Part shown: piece after piece, positions 9,446-19,032 of the stretch
Position numbering within the stretch: position 1 is the stretch's first letter
Layout of the letters: every line of letters begins with the position of its first letter
Origin: Candidatus Latescibacterota bacterium
GTDB taxonomy: Bacteria > Latescibacterota > UBA2968 > UBA8231
Assembly (NCBI GenBank): GCA_965248265.1
Contig: CBDFJF010000002.1
Location: forward strand, 3,360,001-3,424,000
Reading direction: 5' to 3'
Length of the DNA: 64,000 bases
Program-made: the position numbers and the translations under genes
The notes under the pieces: model-generated
The model's database searches: none
Told to the model about the DNA's origin: nothing
What the model saw: only the letters and a program-made list of their open reading frames with translations

Positions 9446-12253
9446 TTAGTTTCCGGGCTCTACCATCCACTCCGGCAACGTGATACGGAAGCGGTAGATG
9501 TCGGTTTCCGGCTTCAAGGAGATAACCGGATCCGTGATGCCGCTCGCGATCACCTCTTCCTCTTCATCGGAACGAGAGGCCAAAATCCTTAATGGCGGCA
9601 TGCGGCGACCGGGCCAGAGGAGGGCTGGCTCAATCTCGATCTCTTCCGTGCACTCCACTGGGTAGACGTCAATGCGCCAATTTTTCTCCCGCAGGAGGAC
9701 GGCTCCCTGCAGTTTGAGGGCACCTACCGCTCGGGTGTGATCGCGCGTGTCGCAGTACAGATATTGGTCTGTGCGCGCGTAATCGATGCGACCGTCGCCG
9801 TCATCGGCTGAGAACACGAGAAAGTCGTCCGGGTCGTAGGCGAGAAACGATGCGGGAGGCAATCGATAGGTAGTGCCGGCGTGCTCGACCGACCAATCCT
9901 GCTCCCAACTGCCATTGACATGGATGTTGAGCCCGTTGGTGTATTCGACTTGAACCTGGCTGTCTTCATACGCTCCTGACACCAGTGCTTCAGTCGGTTC
10001 GATCAAGTTACCGCCGTGGTGGTAGAGGATCGACTTTACTTCGACGCCGAGGTATTGTGTCTGCAGTTTCTGCAGCAGATAGTAGGTTTTCACCAGGGCA
10101 GGAAGACCCCACTCCTTCTGGTCGGGCAAGCACGCGGCGTGACCGTAGGCGACGGTCGTAGCCAGGTAGCGGTCGAACCAGGCACTGCGACTGTGCATCT
10201 CCTCGGCAGGGATCTGAGAGCCAAAGAATTGGGAGGGGGTACCGACTCCGGCGTCAATCTCGAATGGGTGCAGGAAACGCAGAGCGAAATCAACGAGTAA
10301 GGGTTGCTTATGCGGGCTTGGGCCTGCCATGCGGGCCAGGTATCCAGAGAGCAAACCGCGATACAGCCAATGTGTGCCGCCGTCACCCACCACCCCCTCT
10401 GGGCTGGACTGTGCAATCTGGGTCATCATGGACTGTTCGGCGAACAGGGTATCGCGATATCGAGCGGGGCGTTCCAGGCGGTCGTCGAAATCAACTCTCT
10501 CCCAGGGAGGCGCTGCCCCGTGGGTGCCGACGTACGGAACACTCCGCGGGTATCTCGACCGCAGCATCTGACCATAGTCTGAGGCGGTTTTCACGGCCTC
10601 GGTTGGTTTCAGCAGATAACGCCCCGGGCCCGTTTTGGTCCAGGATCCGTTCGAGTCGATGCCGACGAGGTCGGGATCCCAGGAGGGGTCCAGCGGCGCG
10701 ACATCGGTAAGGGCGGAGTACACCGAATAACTGTACCCGAGGTCATCGACCGCCTCCAGGTACTCGTCCAGGGCATCGCTGCCACCCTTCATGGTGGCCC
10801 CCTGGAGGCCCAGCGCGCTGTGGGCGTCCCCGTCATGCCAAAGCTCGGCAGGATGATTCACCAGCACCGAGTCCATGCCGAGTTGTTTGCACATCAACAG
10901 TCGCTCGTAGGCCTCGACGTAGGCTTCCTCTTGCGGTTGCAGCGCGGGGAGGTTGTACCAGACGAGTTCGCGCAGTCCTTCCCACGTTGGCATCGAGGTC
11001 GGCGTCGGAAGAGTCGGAAGGACCTCGTCGAACTGCCGGGACACGGTCAGGATCCATCGCTCCTTGAAGGCGGCTCGCTTGCCGTCAGTGGCAGGCTCGT
11101 ATCGACATCCCCCATTGAGCTTCAGTTGCGGGGTCTCTTCGTCGGAAAGCCCGCGCAGGACTGATGCAGAAGACTCGTACCAATCCAAAAAACTCGACAC
11201 GAATACGCCTGATGTGCACAACAGAGCTGGCTGTCCTTCTCCGAAGTTGAAGTACGGGATTCGGATGAGGCGTGGATGCACAGCTCCGGAGACATACCCC
11301 AGATCGACGCCGGCGGCTTTGCCGTTGCCCCCTTCGAGTTCCACGATCAGTGTCTTGCCCTGGATGCGCAGACGGTACAGGAAGTCGGCGAGCTCCTCCT
11401 CGTATTTCCACTGCCAGCGAGCCTCCACACACTCTCCGACCTGCTCGCAAGAGACCAGGTGACGTTCCACCGTGTCGTCGTCTGCCGTCCAGATTTGACC
11501 GCCCATTTCAATCGAGATCCCGCCATGTTCGGCTAGCTTGATCGGCTCCGCGTTGTTGACTTCGACTTCTATGTCGGACAGGTTGCCGTCGATAGGGGTG
11601 TACACGTAGCGGACCACGGCGGATAACGAGCGGGCCTCGAAAAAGAACGAGATCCCGTCATGATCGATGCTGTTGGTAAGCTCCTCCTCGACCTTGGGCA
11701 GCATGGATTGTGGCTCGGTATACAGCGATGGTGCCGCTGGGACCGGCTCTAACGAGGATAGAGAGGTACCGGTCTGAAAACCGACGCCACCAATCCGAAT
11801 TTCCTGGTCCTCTCGGCAGAGAATGCCGCGGAGCGTGAGTCCGGCCAGCTCGCCTTTGCGAAGAGTCTCTCCAGCCTGTAGTAGGTGCCAGCCGGTGAAA
11901 TCCAGCGAGCCGAGAACATGCTCTTCCCCATCTGAGGAAAGCAATATCAGGTCGGGCAGATGCTGAGGATCAAAAGGGGTGCCTACGTAAATCCATACCA
12001 GGGTGGCGCTGGTATCGGTGGGTAGACGAATGGGCTCCAGCGGTCGCAAGACCACATCGCCAGCGCCGGACACCGTCAAGTTCAACGCTGGAGGCTGATC
12101 GTCGGTGTCCTCGTATTCAGCCGGGGGGAATACGGTTCCGGTGGTTCCGTCTCTGAAGTCGACTTCCCAGGTGTCCAGAGTATCGACGACGCAAGATTGG
12201 GGAAATCGAGTGGCGAGATTACCGTCGACTTGCTCATCCATTTGGATGGCCAT
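9446..12253 (-). CDS. Large glycoside-hydrolase-like (TIM-barrel, GH129/DUF5696-like) protein
   Basis: About 935 aa with WHDG, LKP, PPWERVDFD and HWLYRGL blocks resembling unclassified GH-like proteins; the start is inferred from the upstream promoter. Confidence 0.6.
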   Translation of the reverse strand: MAIQMDEQVDGNLATRFPQSCVVDTLDTWEVDFRDGTTGTVFPPAEYEDTDDQPPALNLTVSGAGDVVLRPLEPIRLPTDTSATLVWIYVGTPFDPQHLPDLILLSSDGEEHVLGSLDFTGWHLLQAGETLRKGELAGLTLRGILCREDQEIRIGGVGFQTGTSLSSLEPVPAAPSLYTEPQSMLPKVEEELTNSIDHDGISFFFEARSLSAVVRYVYTPIDGNLSDIEVEVNNAEPIKLAEHGGISIEMGGQIWTADDDTVERHLVSCEQVGECVEARWQWKYEEELADFLYRLRIQGKTLIVELEGGNGKAAGVDLGYVSGAVHPRLIRIPYFNFGEGQPALLCTSGVFVSSFLDWYESSASVLRGLSDEETPQLKLNGGCRYEPATDGKRAAFKERWILTVSRQFDEVLPTLPTPTSMPTWEGLRELVWYNLPALQPQEEAYVEAYERLLMCKQLGMDSVLVNHPAELWHDGDAHSALGLQGATMKGGSDALDEYLEAVDDLGYSYSVYSALTDVAPLDPSWDPDLVGIDSNGSWTKTGPGRYLLKPTEAVKTASDYGQMLRSRYPRSVPYVGTHGAAPPWERVDFDDRLERPARYRDTLFAEQSMMTQIAQSSPEGVVGDGGTHWLYRGLLSGYLARMAGPSPHKQPLLVDFALRFLHPFEIDAGVGTPSQFFGSQIPAEEMHSRSAWFDRYLATTVAYGHAACLPDQKEWGLPALVKTYYLLQKLQTQYLGVEVKSILYHHGGNLIEPTEALVSGAYEDSQVQVEYTNGLNIHVNGSWEQDWSVEHAGTTYRLPPASFLAYDPDDFLVFSADDGDGRIDYARTDQYLYCDTRDHTRAVGALKLQGAVLLREKNWRIDVYPVECTEEIEIEPALLWPGRRMPPLRILASRSDEEEEVIASGITDPVISLKPETDIYRFRITLPEWMVEPGN

Positions 12254-12297
12254 GAATCCTTGTTTCCCCTTTGCGAATGAGTCCTGGCAAACTGGCC

Positions 12298-12326
12298 AAG
12301 ATAGTGGAACTGACAATGAGTGTCAA
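12298..12326 (-). promoter_or_regulatory. Sigma70 promoter of the GH-like operon with an overlapping TGACA-N5-TGTCA palindrome
   Basis: Minus strand TTGACA-N17-TATCTT; inverted repeat at 12311-12325. Confidence 0.6.
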
Positions 12327-12394
12327 GGTGGTAGCGACTCCGTTGACAGCCTCTGCACACGAGGCATCTTCTTGTGGGGCAAGGAGGTTGGTTC

Positions 12395-13624
12395 ATGAAC
12401 AGGGAGTTCGACACGCTCGTCATCGGCGGCGGCGCGGCGGGGTTGATGGCCGCCCTGAGCGCTGCAGAGGCGGGCCAGTCCGTGATCTTGCTCGAGGCCA
12501 ATGAGCAGCTCGGTAGGAAAATCCTGATCTCGGGAAACGGCCGCTGCAATATCACCAACGTCGATGGCGACGAGCTGTCACACTTTCACGGTGCCAACCC
12601 ACGCTTCGTCGGCACCGTGCTGGAGCAGCTACCGGTGAAGGAGACGCTCGCCTTGTTCGATGATCTCGGCATTGCCACCAAGCAGGAAAAACGTGGGCGA
12701 CTGTTCCCGGTGTCCGATCAGGCGCGCTCCGTCGTCGATGTTCTCGAGGATCGGGTACTGCATCGCGGTGGACGGATTGCGATTGGGGCGCGAGTTGAGA
12801 CGCTGGATCGCAGTGATGCTTATGAGGTGCGGTGCGCTGATGGCCGGCGCTGGCGCGGTGCCAGAGTTATCATGGCCAGTGGTGGTGTCAGTGTTCCCAA
12901 GATGGGAGCGGACGACAGCGGTATGCAGCTGGTTGAGGGCATGGGGCACACTCGCACGCCTCTCTATCCCGGTCTGGTTGCCCTCAACAGCGATAATCTT
13001 CAAGTGCAGCGCATGCACGGTCTCAAGGTGTGGGCTCAGGTCTCGGCGCCGCTGTCATCCGGGCGCCTCATCGTCGACACGGATGATCTGCTCTTCGCGA
13101 AGTACGGTGTTTCCGGTTTCACCATTCTGAATCTGAGCGCAACGCTGGTTGATGAACTGTGCAAGGGCCCGGTGGAGCTCTCGATAAATCTGATGCCGGG
13201 GTGCCGTGCGGAGGAGGTCTCTGAGTTGTTGAAGAACAGATGGGAGAGGAATCCACATCGGTCGCTCGAGTTGAGTTTCGCCGGTTTGTTGACCACCAAG
13301 CTGACACGACCTCTTCTGGCTGGCAATGGTTTTGAGCGGGAAACGAGTGTGCAGGCCATATCCAAGGCCCAACGCTGGCAGCTGGCGCAGCTACTGACCG
13401 ATTGGCGTGTCGTCGTCACCGGTCCGCGACCGTTCGAGTACGCCGAAGTCACGATTGGAGGTATTCACAGCGCTGAGATAGACCCGCACAGCCTCGAATC
13501 CTACGTCGCTCCCGGCTTGTATCTCACCGGGGAGATGATCGACGTACACGGAGACCTGGGTGGCTATAATTTTCAGTGGGCCTGGTCGAGCGGTTGGGTC
13601 GCCGGTCGAGGATTTAGCAACTAA
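12395..13624 (+). CDS. HI0933/YhiN (BaiN-like) flavoprotein oxidoreductase
   Basis: GGGAAG, GRKILISGNGRCNITN, VTIGGI and GEMIDVHGDLGGYNFQWAWSSG motifs. Confidence 0.95.
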   Translation: MNREFDTLVIGGGAAGLMAALSAAEAGQSVILLEANEQLGRKILISGNGRCNITNVDGDELSHFHGANPRFVGTVLEQLPVKETLALFDDLGIATKQEKRGRLFPVSDQARSVVDVLEDRVLHRGGRIAIGARVETLDRSDAYEVRCADGRRWRGARVIMASGGVSVPKMGADDSGMQLVEGMGHTRTPLYPGLVALNSDNLQVQRMHGLKVWAQVSAPLSSGRLIVDTDDLLFAKYGVSGFTILNLSATLVDELCKGPVELSINLMPGCRAEEVSELLKNRWERNPHRSLELSFAGLLTTKLTRPLLAGNGFERETSVQAISKAQRWQLAQLLTDWRVVVTGPRPFEYAEVTIGGIHSAEIDPHSLESYVAPGLYLTGEMIDVHGDLGGYNFQWAWSSGWVAGRGFSN

Positions 13625-13643
13625 CTACCGGAGGTCGCTTTCG

Positions 13644-13672
13644 TTGACACTCCCGGAACACCCGGTTACAAT
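13644..13672 (+). promoter_or_regulatory. Sigma70 promoter, near-leaderless transcript for the mocA-like gene
   Basis: TTGACA-N17-TACAAT ending 9 nt before ATG 13682, with no SD. Confidence 0.7.
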
Positions 13673-13681
13673 GAATTCCGC

Positions 13682-14287
13682 ATGACGCAGACGCCCGATA
13701 TCGCCGCCGTGATTCTGGCGGCTGGAATGTCGACTCGAATGGGGGGAAGGCTGAAGCAGCTTCTGCCTTTCGGAACCGATGAACGGCCCATGATCGACGT
13801 GGTCGTCAGCCGCGTTGTGGCCCAAGTCGATCGCGTCATCGTCGTTCTCGGCCACCGGGCCGATGATATCGCACCGCTGCTGAAGGATTACAGCGCGGAG
13901 TTGGTGGTCAATGAACGATACAAGCAGGGCATGATCACCTCCGTCCAATGTGGGATCAGGGCCGCGGGCGAGGCCCGTGGCTACCTCATTTGCCTGGGCG
14001 ATCAACCCGGGTTGGGCGAACAGACCCTGGGACTCGTGTTGGAACGCGCCAAGCACATGCGCAAAGGGATCGCGATTCCCGTTTGCGATGGACATCGGGG
14101 TCATCCCATTTACTTATCTAAACACTACCGCACCGAGATCCTGGGTTTACCGCACAGCGTCGGCCTGAACCAGGTGACCGGGGCGCATCCCGATGAGACG
14201 GAACAGATTCAAGTGCCGGACGAAAGCATTCTGATCGATGTCGATACGCCACAGGAATACGACGAAACGCGGTATCGCTGGGATTAA
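13682..14287 (+). CDS. mocA: Molybdenum cofactor cytidylyltransferase (MocA/MobA-like NTP transferase)
   Basis: ILAAGMSTRMG, LGDQP, GHRGHP and DVDTPQEY motifs. Confidence 0.85.
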   Translation: MTQTPDIAAVILAAGMSTRMGGRLKQLLPFGTDERPMIDVVVSRVVAQVDRVIVVLGHRADDIAPLLKDYSAELVVNERYKQGMITSVQCGIRAAGEARGYLICLGDQPGLGEQTLGLVLERAKHMRKGIAIPVCDGHRGHPIYLSKHYRTEILGLPHSVGLNQVTGAHPDETEQIQVPDESILIDVDTPQEYDETRYRWD

Positions 14288-14329
14288 TCGACCTTCAGGA
14301 TCCACTACGGAGATAAGCGACAGCATATC

Positions 14330-15478
14330 ATGGAAGACGTAATCAAGGAAGCCGCCGCCATCGAAGGCCGTCACGCGTTGGCCTCACTCGTTGACAGCAG
14401 CGGCTCGATCCCGATGAGCGAGAGAGCGAAGATGCTCGTCGCCGAAGATGGCCAGGTAGTAGGCACCATCGGTGGGGGGTGCCTCGAGGCCGAGATCATC
14501 AACTGCGGCAGGGAAGTGCTGGAGAGTGGTGGTCAGCCGCATGTCACCGAATACACGATGACGGAGGAGCAAGCGGGAGAGAGCGGACTCAATTGCGGTG
14601 GATCGGTCCGTATCTACACCGAGCAGATTGATGACCGTTCAGGGCGCAGAGTGTTCTCCAAGATCATGCAGGCCAAAGCAGAAAGAGTGCCCTGTGTCCT
14701 GGCGACGATCCTTGCCCAACTCGAACCTGGGGACAGCAGCCGGGCTCGAGTCCTCTTTTACGGCGACGGTGCGAGTGTCGGGTCCTTCGGTAACTCGCAA
14801 TTGAATGAAATTGTCCGCGCGCAAGTTGAGGCCGTGTTGATTGAGGAAGAGGCCACCGTCGTACGCCTGGACCCCGGCGAACTTGATGTGGACACGGCGG
14901 CCGGCATTGGCTTAGCTCCCGCGCGTGATGAAGCTGCTGGTGTAGAGGTGTTCCTGGAGCCGTTCGTGCCTCCTCCGGTGCTGTACATCTTCGGCGGCGG
15001 CCATGTGGGAGCTCAGATCGCCCGGTTGGCAAAGAATGTCGGCTTCTACGTCATCGTCGTCGATGACCGTCCCGCTTTCGCCAACAACCAGCGACATCCC
15101 GATGCGGATGAATGTCTGGTGGCCGAAGACATCCCGGCGCTCTTCCACACCCTGCCACTGGACGATCAATCCTACATCGTCGCCGCATCCAGAGGGCATC
15201 AACTGGACGAGGTCGTCGTTCGCGAGGCGGTCCAGCGACCGGCTCGATACATCGGAATGCTGGGTAGCGAACGCAAGAAAGTCATCATGTGGAAACGGAT
15301 CGAGACCGAAGTCGGGGGTCGCGAGCGCCTGGATCAGGTGCATGCCCCGATCGGCTTCAACATCGGGGCTGACAATCCCGAGGAGATCGCCGTCAGCGTG
15401 CTGGCAGAACTGATCGACGTTCGCCGTGGTGACAAGAAGGAGTGGAAGACGAAGAAGAAGCGGGCGTCGTCATCATGA
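14330..15478 (+). CDS. xdhC: XdhC/CoxI family molybdoenzyme maturation factor
   Basis: GTIGGGCLE, CGG, FGGGHV, YIGMLGS and APIG...IGADNPEEIAVS motifs. Confidence 0.93.
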   Translation: MEDVIKEAAAIEGRHALASLVDSSGSIPMSERAKMLVAEDGQVVGTIGGGCLEAEIINCGREVLESGGQPHVTEYTMTEEQAGESGLNCGGSVRIYTEQIDDRSGRRVFSKIMQAKAERVPCVLATILAQLEPGDSSRARVLFYGDGASVGSFGNSQLNEIVRAQVEAVLIEEEATVVRLDPGELDVDTAAGIGLAPARDEAAGVEVFLEPFVPPPVLYIFGGGHVGAQIARLAKNVGFYVIVVDDRPAFANNQRHPDADECLVAEDIPALFHTLPLDDQSYIVAASRGHQLDEVVVREAVQRPARYIGMLGSERKKVIMWKRIETEVGGRERLDQVHAPIGFNIGADNPEEIAVSVLAELIDVRRGDKKEWKTKKKRASSS

Positions 15479-16518
15479 GCGCTTCGCCTACCGGGTCCGC
15501 TGCCGGACTTCGTTACGGTGTTGCGGCCTGCCAGGTCGATCAGGCCAATCCCAAAGAGCGCGCGGAGATTACAGGCAACACGGCACGTATGTTGGAGATG
15601 ATCGACATGGCCGTGGAGGGCTACGCTCCCTTTCACGAGATCAAGCTCCTGGTTTTCCCCGAGTTCGGCCACGCGGCACCGATTTACTCGACAGCCAAGG
15701 GGTTGCTGGCCAAGTTGACGCTGCCGATCCCCAACGAGCACACGGCCAAGTATGAGACCAAGGCCAGGGAACACGGTGTCTACATCCAGACCGCCAGTTT
15801 CCTGGAAGAGGACCCTCGCTGGCCCGGGAACGTCTTCAACACAACCTGCCTGATCGGACCCGAGGGGATCCTGTTCAAGTACCGGAAGGTAAATCCATGG
15901 ATCCCCTGGGAAGTCCACACCAGTCCCCATGATCTGGATGGGTACGACGACGAACTCTTCCCGGTAGCCAGAACCCCGATAGGAAATATCGGCGCCGCGA
16001 TATGCTACGACTGGCTCTTTCCAGAGTCTCTGCGTCAGTTGACCGCCAACGGAGCGGAGATCCTGGTCCGAGTCTCCGCCTACATGGATCCTTGGGGAGC
16101 AACCCCGCCGATGGATTGGTGGACGATGGTAAATCGTTGTCGGGCAATGGAAAACACTGCCTATGTGGTAGGTGCCAATCAGGGCGCATCACTGGCTAAT
16201 TACGCCCCATTCTCGTGGCCGGGAGGCAGCATGATCGTCGACTACGAGGGCCGTATCCTGGCCCAGGCAGACCCAGGTCCCGGCGAGAAAATAGTCGTCA
16301 CCACCATCGATGTCGGTGGTCTCCGGCACGAGCGTCGACAACGACTTGGGCACCTGGCTCTGGCTCATCTGAGGACCGAGGCTTATCCGTTGTACAGGCA
16401 GCCGTTTTTTCCTCAGGGCCGGTACAGCGAGCCCTCGAACCACACGTATGACCACAATGTTGAGGCGATTGCTGACGTCAAGGAACGTCTCTCGCTTGAG
16501 CAACCCGATTCTGATTAA
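15475..16518 (+). CDS. Nitrilase/amidase superfamily carbon-nitrogen hydrolase
   Basis: E-K-C triad in FPEF, YRKV and ICYD; ATGA overlap with xdhC. Confidence 0.9.
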   Translation: MSASPTGSAAGLRYGVAACQVDQANPKERAEITGNTARMLEMIDMAVEGYAPFHEIKLLVFPEFGHAAPIYSTAKGLLAKLTLPIPNEHTAKYETKAREHGVYIQTASFLEEDPRWPGNVFNTTCLIGPEGILFKYRKVNPWIPWEVHTSPHDLDGYDDELFPVARTPIGNIGAAICYDWLFPESLRQLTANGAEILVRVSAYMDPWGATPPMDWWTMVNRCRAMENTAYVVGANQGASLANYAPFSWPGGSMIVDYEGRILAQADPGPGEKIVVTTIDVGGLRHERRQRLGHLALAHLRTEAYPLYRQPFFPQGRYSEPSNHTYDHNVEAIADVKERLSLEQPDSD

Positions 16519-16543
16519 ACGGTTTTGCGATTCTGTGGTCTAA
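16516..16543 (+). promoter_or_regulatory. Possible ECF autoregulatory promoter
   Basis: TAAAC-N17-GTCTAA upstream of the ECF sigma gene, resembling AAC/GTC ECF promoter cores. Confidence 0.35.
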
Positions 16544-16616
16544 AGGGGTAAGCGACGCAGAATGTCGCTCAGCGACACAGATCGTCGCGTGACGACTACC
16601 GAACCACAGGATTTCG

Positions 16617-17219
16617 ATGGAGACTGCGATCGCAGCCCCGACGCGACACAACGAGCAGACGGACGCTGAACTGGTAGAGCTCTTCAAGTCCGGATTCGAG
16701 GAAGCCTTCGACGCCATCGTGGTCCGCTATCAGGATCGCATCTACCAGTTCGCCTGCCGGCTGGTCGCAGATCCGGAGGAAGCCAGTGATGTTGCGCAGG
16801 ATGCATTCGTGCGGGCCTACGACAAACTGCGGGGATTCCGCAGCGACTCCGGCCTGTACACCTGGCTCTATAAAATCACCTTGAATATTGGTCTTAATGT
16901 GTTGCGCAAGAGAAAGTTACGTACCTTCATAAGACTCTCTGAACCGTCGGCCCCCCAGCTCTCTATCAGTGCAAGCCAGGAGGAGGACCTGACCAAGGCC
17001 GAGTTGCGGAATCAGATCGAGGAGGCCATCGCGGATCTGCCACCGAAGCAGCGGGCTATTTTCGTGCTGCGTCAATACGATGAGCTGTCTCATCGAGAGA
17101 TCGCCGGCGTCGTGGGGTCCTCCGAGGGGGCGGTTCGGGCAGGTTATTTTCACGCAGTCCGCAAGCTGCAATCGTCATTGGAGGATCTCGCTTTGGAAAG
17201 GGTAGGGTCAAAGAAATGA
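16617..17219 (+). CDS. ECF RNA polymerase sigma factor
   Basis: Region 2 (DVAQDAFVRAY, YTWLYKI) and region 4 (LPPKQRAIFVLR, SHREIA). Confidence 0.95.
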   Translation: METAIAAPTRHNEQTDAELVELFKSGFEEAFDAIVVRYQDRIYQFACRLVADPEEASDVAQDAFVRAYDKLRGFRSDSGLYTWLYKITLNIGLNVLRKRKLRTFIRLSEPSAPQLSISASQEEDLTKAELRNQIEEAIADLPPKQRAIFVLRQYDELSHREIAGVVGSSEGAVRAGYFHAVRKLQSSLEDLALERVGSKK

Positions 17220-17788
17220 AATCCACCAGATCGAACTGTGACCGTGAGGCCTTGATCAGTTGGCTGGACGAGTCATTGACTCAGGAGGCGAGTTCGCGAC
17301 TGCGCGATCACCTGACAACGTGCGATGCCTGCAAGACTGAGCTGGAGTCGCTGGAGTCAACACTGGAGTTGGCGCGAAGTGCCTGCCAGCCGCTGGAAAT
17401 GGGACCCTTCGAAGCCCGCGCCTTCGTGCACAAAGTCAGGGGCAGGATCGCGGCCAGACAGCATGGGGTATGGAGGAAGCTGTTTTCTCCGGCACTGGGT
17501 GGTGGCTTTGTCAGCGGCGCCGTTGTCGGTGCGCTGGCTCTGTTCGTCGCTCTCGGGCCTGTGTCCGAGCCGGGTTTTGGTAACCAGGCACCGGCCGGGG
17601 TGGTGCTCGAACAAGCTGCTGAATCCGCAGTTGACGATGTGGATGAGGTAGACGGGGCGGAGGAGGAGGAGCTGGCGGGAGCGATCGATGATTACCTGCT
17701 GGATACCGCTTCTGAACAGGAGTTGTTCTCCGAGATGGAGTCGCTGATCGGCGAAGAGGATCTGCTGGCACTGCTGGAGGAATACTGA
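17216..17788 (+). CDS. Zinc-finger (HxxxCxxC) anti-sigma factor
   Basis: HLTTCDAC motif and one TM helix; overlaps the sigma stop codon. Confidence 0.9.
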   Translation: MKSTRSNCDREALISWLDESLTQEASSRLRDHLTTCDACKTELESLESTLELARSACQPLEMGPFEARAFVHKVRGRIAARQHGVWRKLFSPALGGGFVSGAVVGALALFVALGPVSEPGFGNQAPAGVVLEQAAESAVDDVDEVDGAEEEELAGAIDDYLLDTASEQELFSEMESLIGEEDLLALLEEY

Positions 17789-17794
17789 GAGGAG

Positions 17795-18304
17795 TTGATT
17801 GTGCGTACGACGATACTTACATCCATTTGCATTATCCTCATCGCGGTAGCCGCAGGCGGCCAGGGCATGTCAGCGGAACGCGTCGAGATGCTCAAGCTGT
17901 GGCGGATCATTGACGAGCTCGAAATCGAGGAGCAACAGGCGGCTGAATTGTTTCCTTACTGGAGCAAGAATCAGCGTGACAAACGCGGTCTTGGTGATGA
18001 GCGGCGGAAGGCCACGCGCGCACTGCACCAGTTACTACAATCCGAGGGTACTGAAGACGGCGAACTTGAAAAGCAGATCGGGATGATTCAGGCGATCGAC
18101 AAGCAAATGTTCGAGCTGAACAAGGCGTTTCGTGACGGACTGAAGAAGCGCCTGAATGCGCGGCAACGCGCTCGTCTGATGGTTTTCGAGGAACGCTTCA
18201 GGGGTGACCTCCGCGACATGGTCAGAGGTTTTCGCCGCATGCACCACGGTCGTGAGGGTACACGGCGAGGAGGTGGCGGTGGCTGGGGAGAGCTTGACGA
18301 ATAA
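17795..18304 (+). CDS. Spy/CpxP-like periplasmic helical protein
   Basis: Signal peptide and an LNARQRARL motif; typical third gene of ECF operons. Confidence 0.75.
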   Translation: MIVRTTILTSICIILIAVAAGGQGMSAERVEMLKLWRIIDELEIEEQQAAELFPYWSKNQRDKRGLGDERRKATRALHQLLQSEGTEDGELEKQIGMIQAIDKQMFELNKAFRDGLKKRLNARQRARLMVFEERFRGDLRDMVRGFRRMHHGREGTRRGGGGGWGELDE

Positions 18305-18321
18305 GATCTGGATATGATGGC

Positions 18322-19032
18322 TTGAAGCGTTATTCCGACGAACAGATAAGAAAGACCCTTTGCAAGTACGAGACACAGGAGACCTGTGTTGAGTTGTCAC
18401 AGGCAGAGAGCAGGCAGGCGAGAATACTTGGGACCGAGGACGCCTACGCCCTCCTTGATCGACTGATAGAGCAGGAGCGATCTCAGCCCCTGCGACGGCC
18501 CCGATTTCCCTACTGGGCTGAGATATGGCCCGCATCACTGGGCTTGTCACGCTACTTCATCGAGAATGAAACTCCGGAACCCAGACACATAGTCAAGGAG
18601 CTGGGCTGTGGTCTGGGTCTGGTCGGTATCGCGCTTGCCCAGCTTGGGCGACGGGTGGAGGCAACCGATTTCGTCGAGGATGCACTGGTTTTTGCTTCCC
18701 ATAACGCACTCGAGAATGGGATTTCGACCCTCCACCGGGTGTCCTATTTGGATTGGAGCCATCCTGTAGGTCGCGAAACTGACTGTATGGTCGGGGCGGA
18801 TATCGCCTACGAGACGCGCAATCACCCTTATCTGATGAGGGTCATACGCAAGCTGCTGCTTCCCGGTGGCTACCTCTACCTGGGTGACCCAAGACGTCCC
18901 GCAGCAAAGCCCCTGATTGCCGTTCTTCGTGAACAGGGCTTCTCCCATGACCTCACCACGCTTCCCGTCACCTGGAAAGCGCTCGATCACGAGGTCGACA
19001 TTCACATCCTGCAAAAGCCGGAACGCCGCTAG
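18322..19032 (+). CDS. Class I SAM methyltransferase (Methyltransf_16, protein-lysine-type)
   Basis: PYWAEIWPAS, ELGCGLGL, LDW and GADIAYE motifs. Confidence 0.85.
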   Translation: MKRYSDEQIRKTLCKYETQETCVELSQAESRQARILGTEDAYALLDRLIEQERSQPLRRPRFPYWAEIWPASLGLSRYFIENETPEPRHIVKELGCGLGLVGIALAQLGRRVEATDFVEDALVFASHNALENGISTLHRVSYLDWSHPVGRETDCMVGADIAYETRNHPYLMRVIRKLLLPGGYLYLGDPRRPAAKPLIAVLREQGFSHDLTTLPVTWKALDHEVDIHILQKPERR

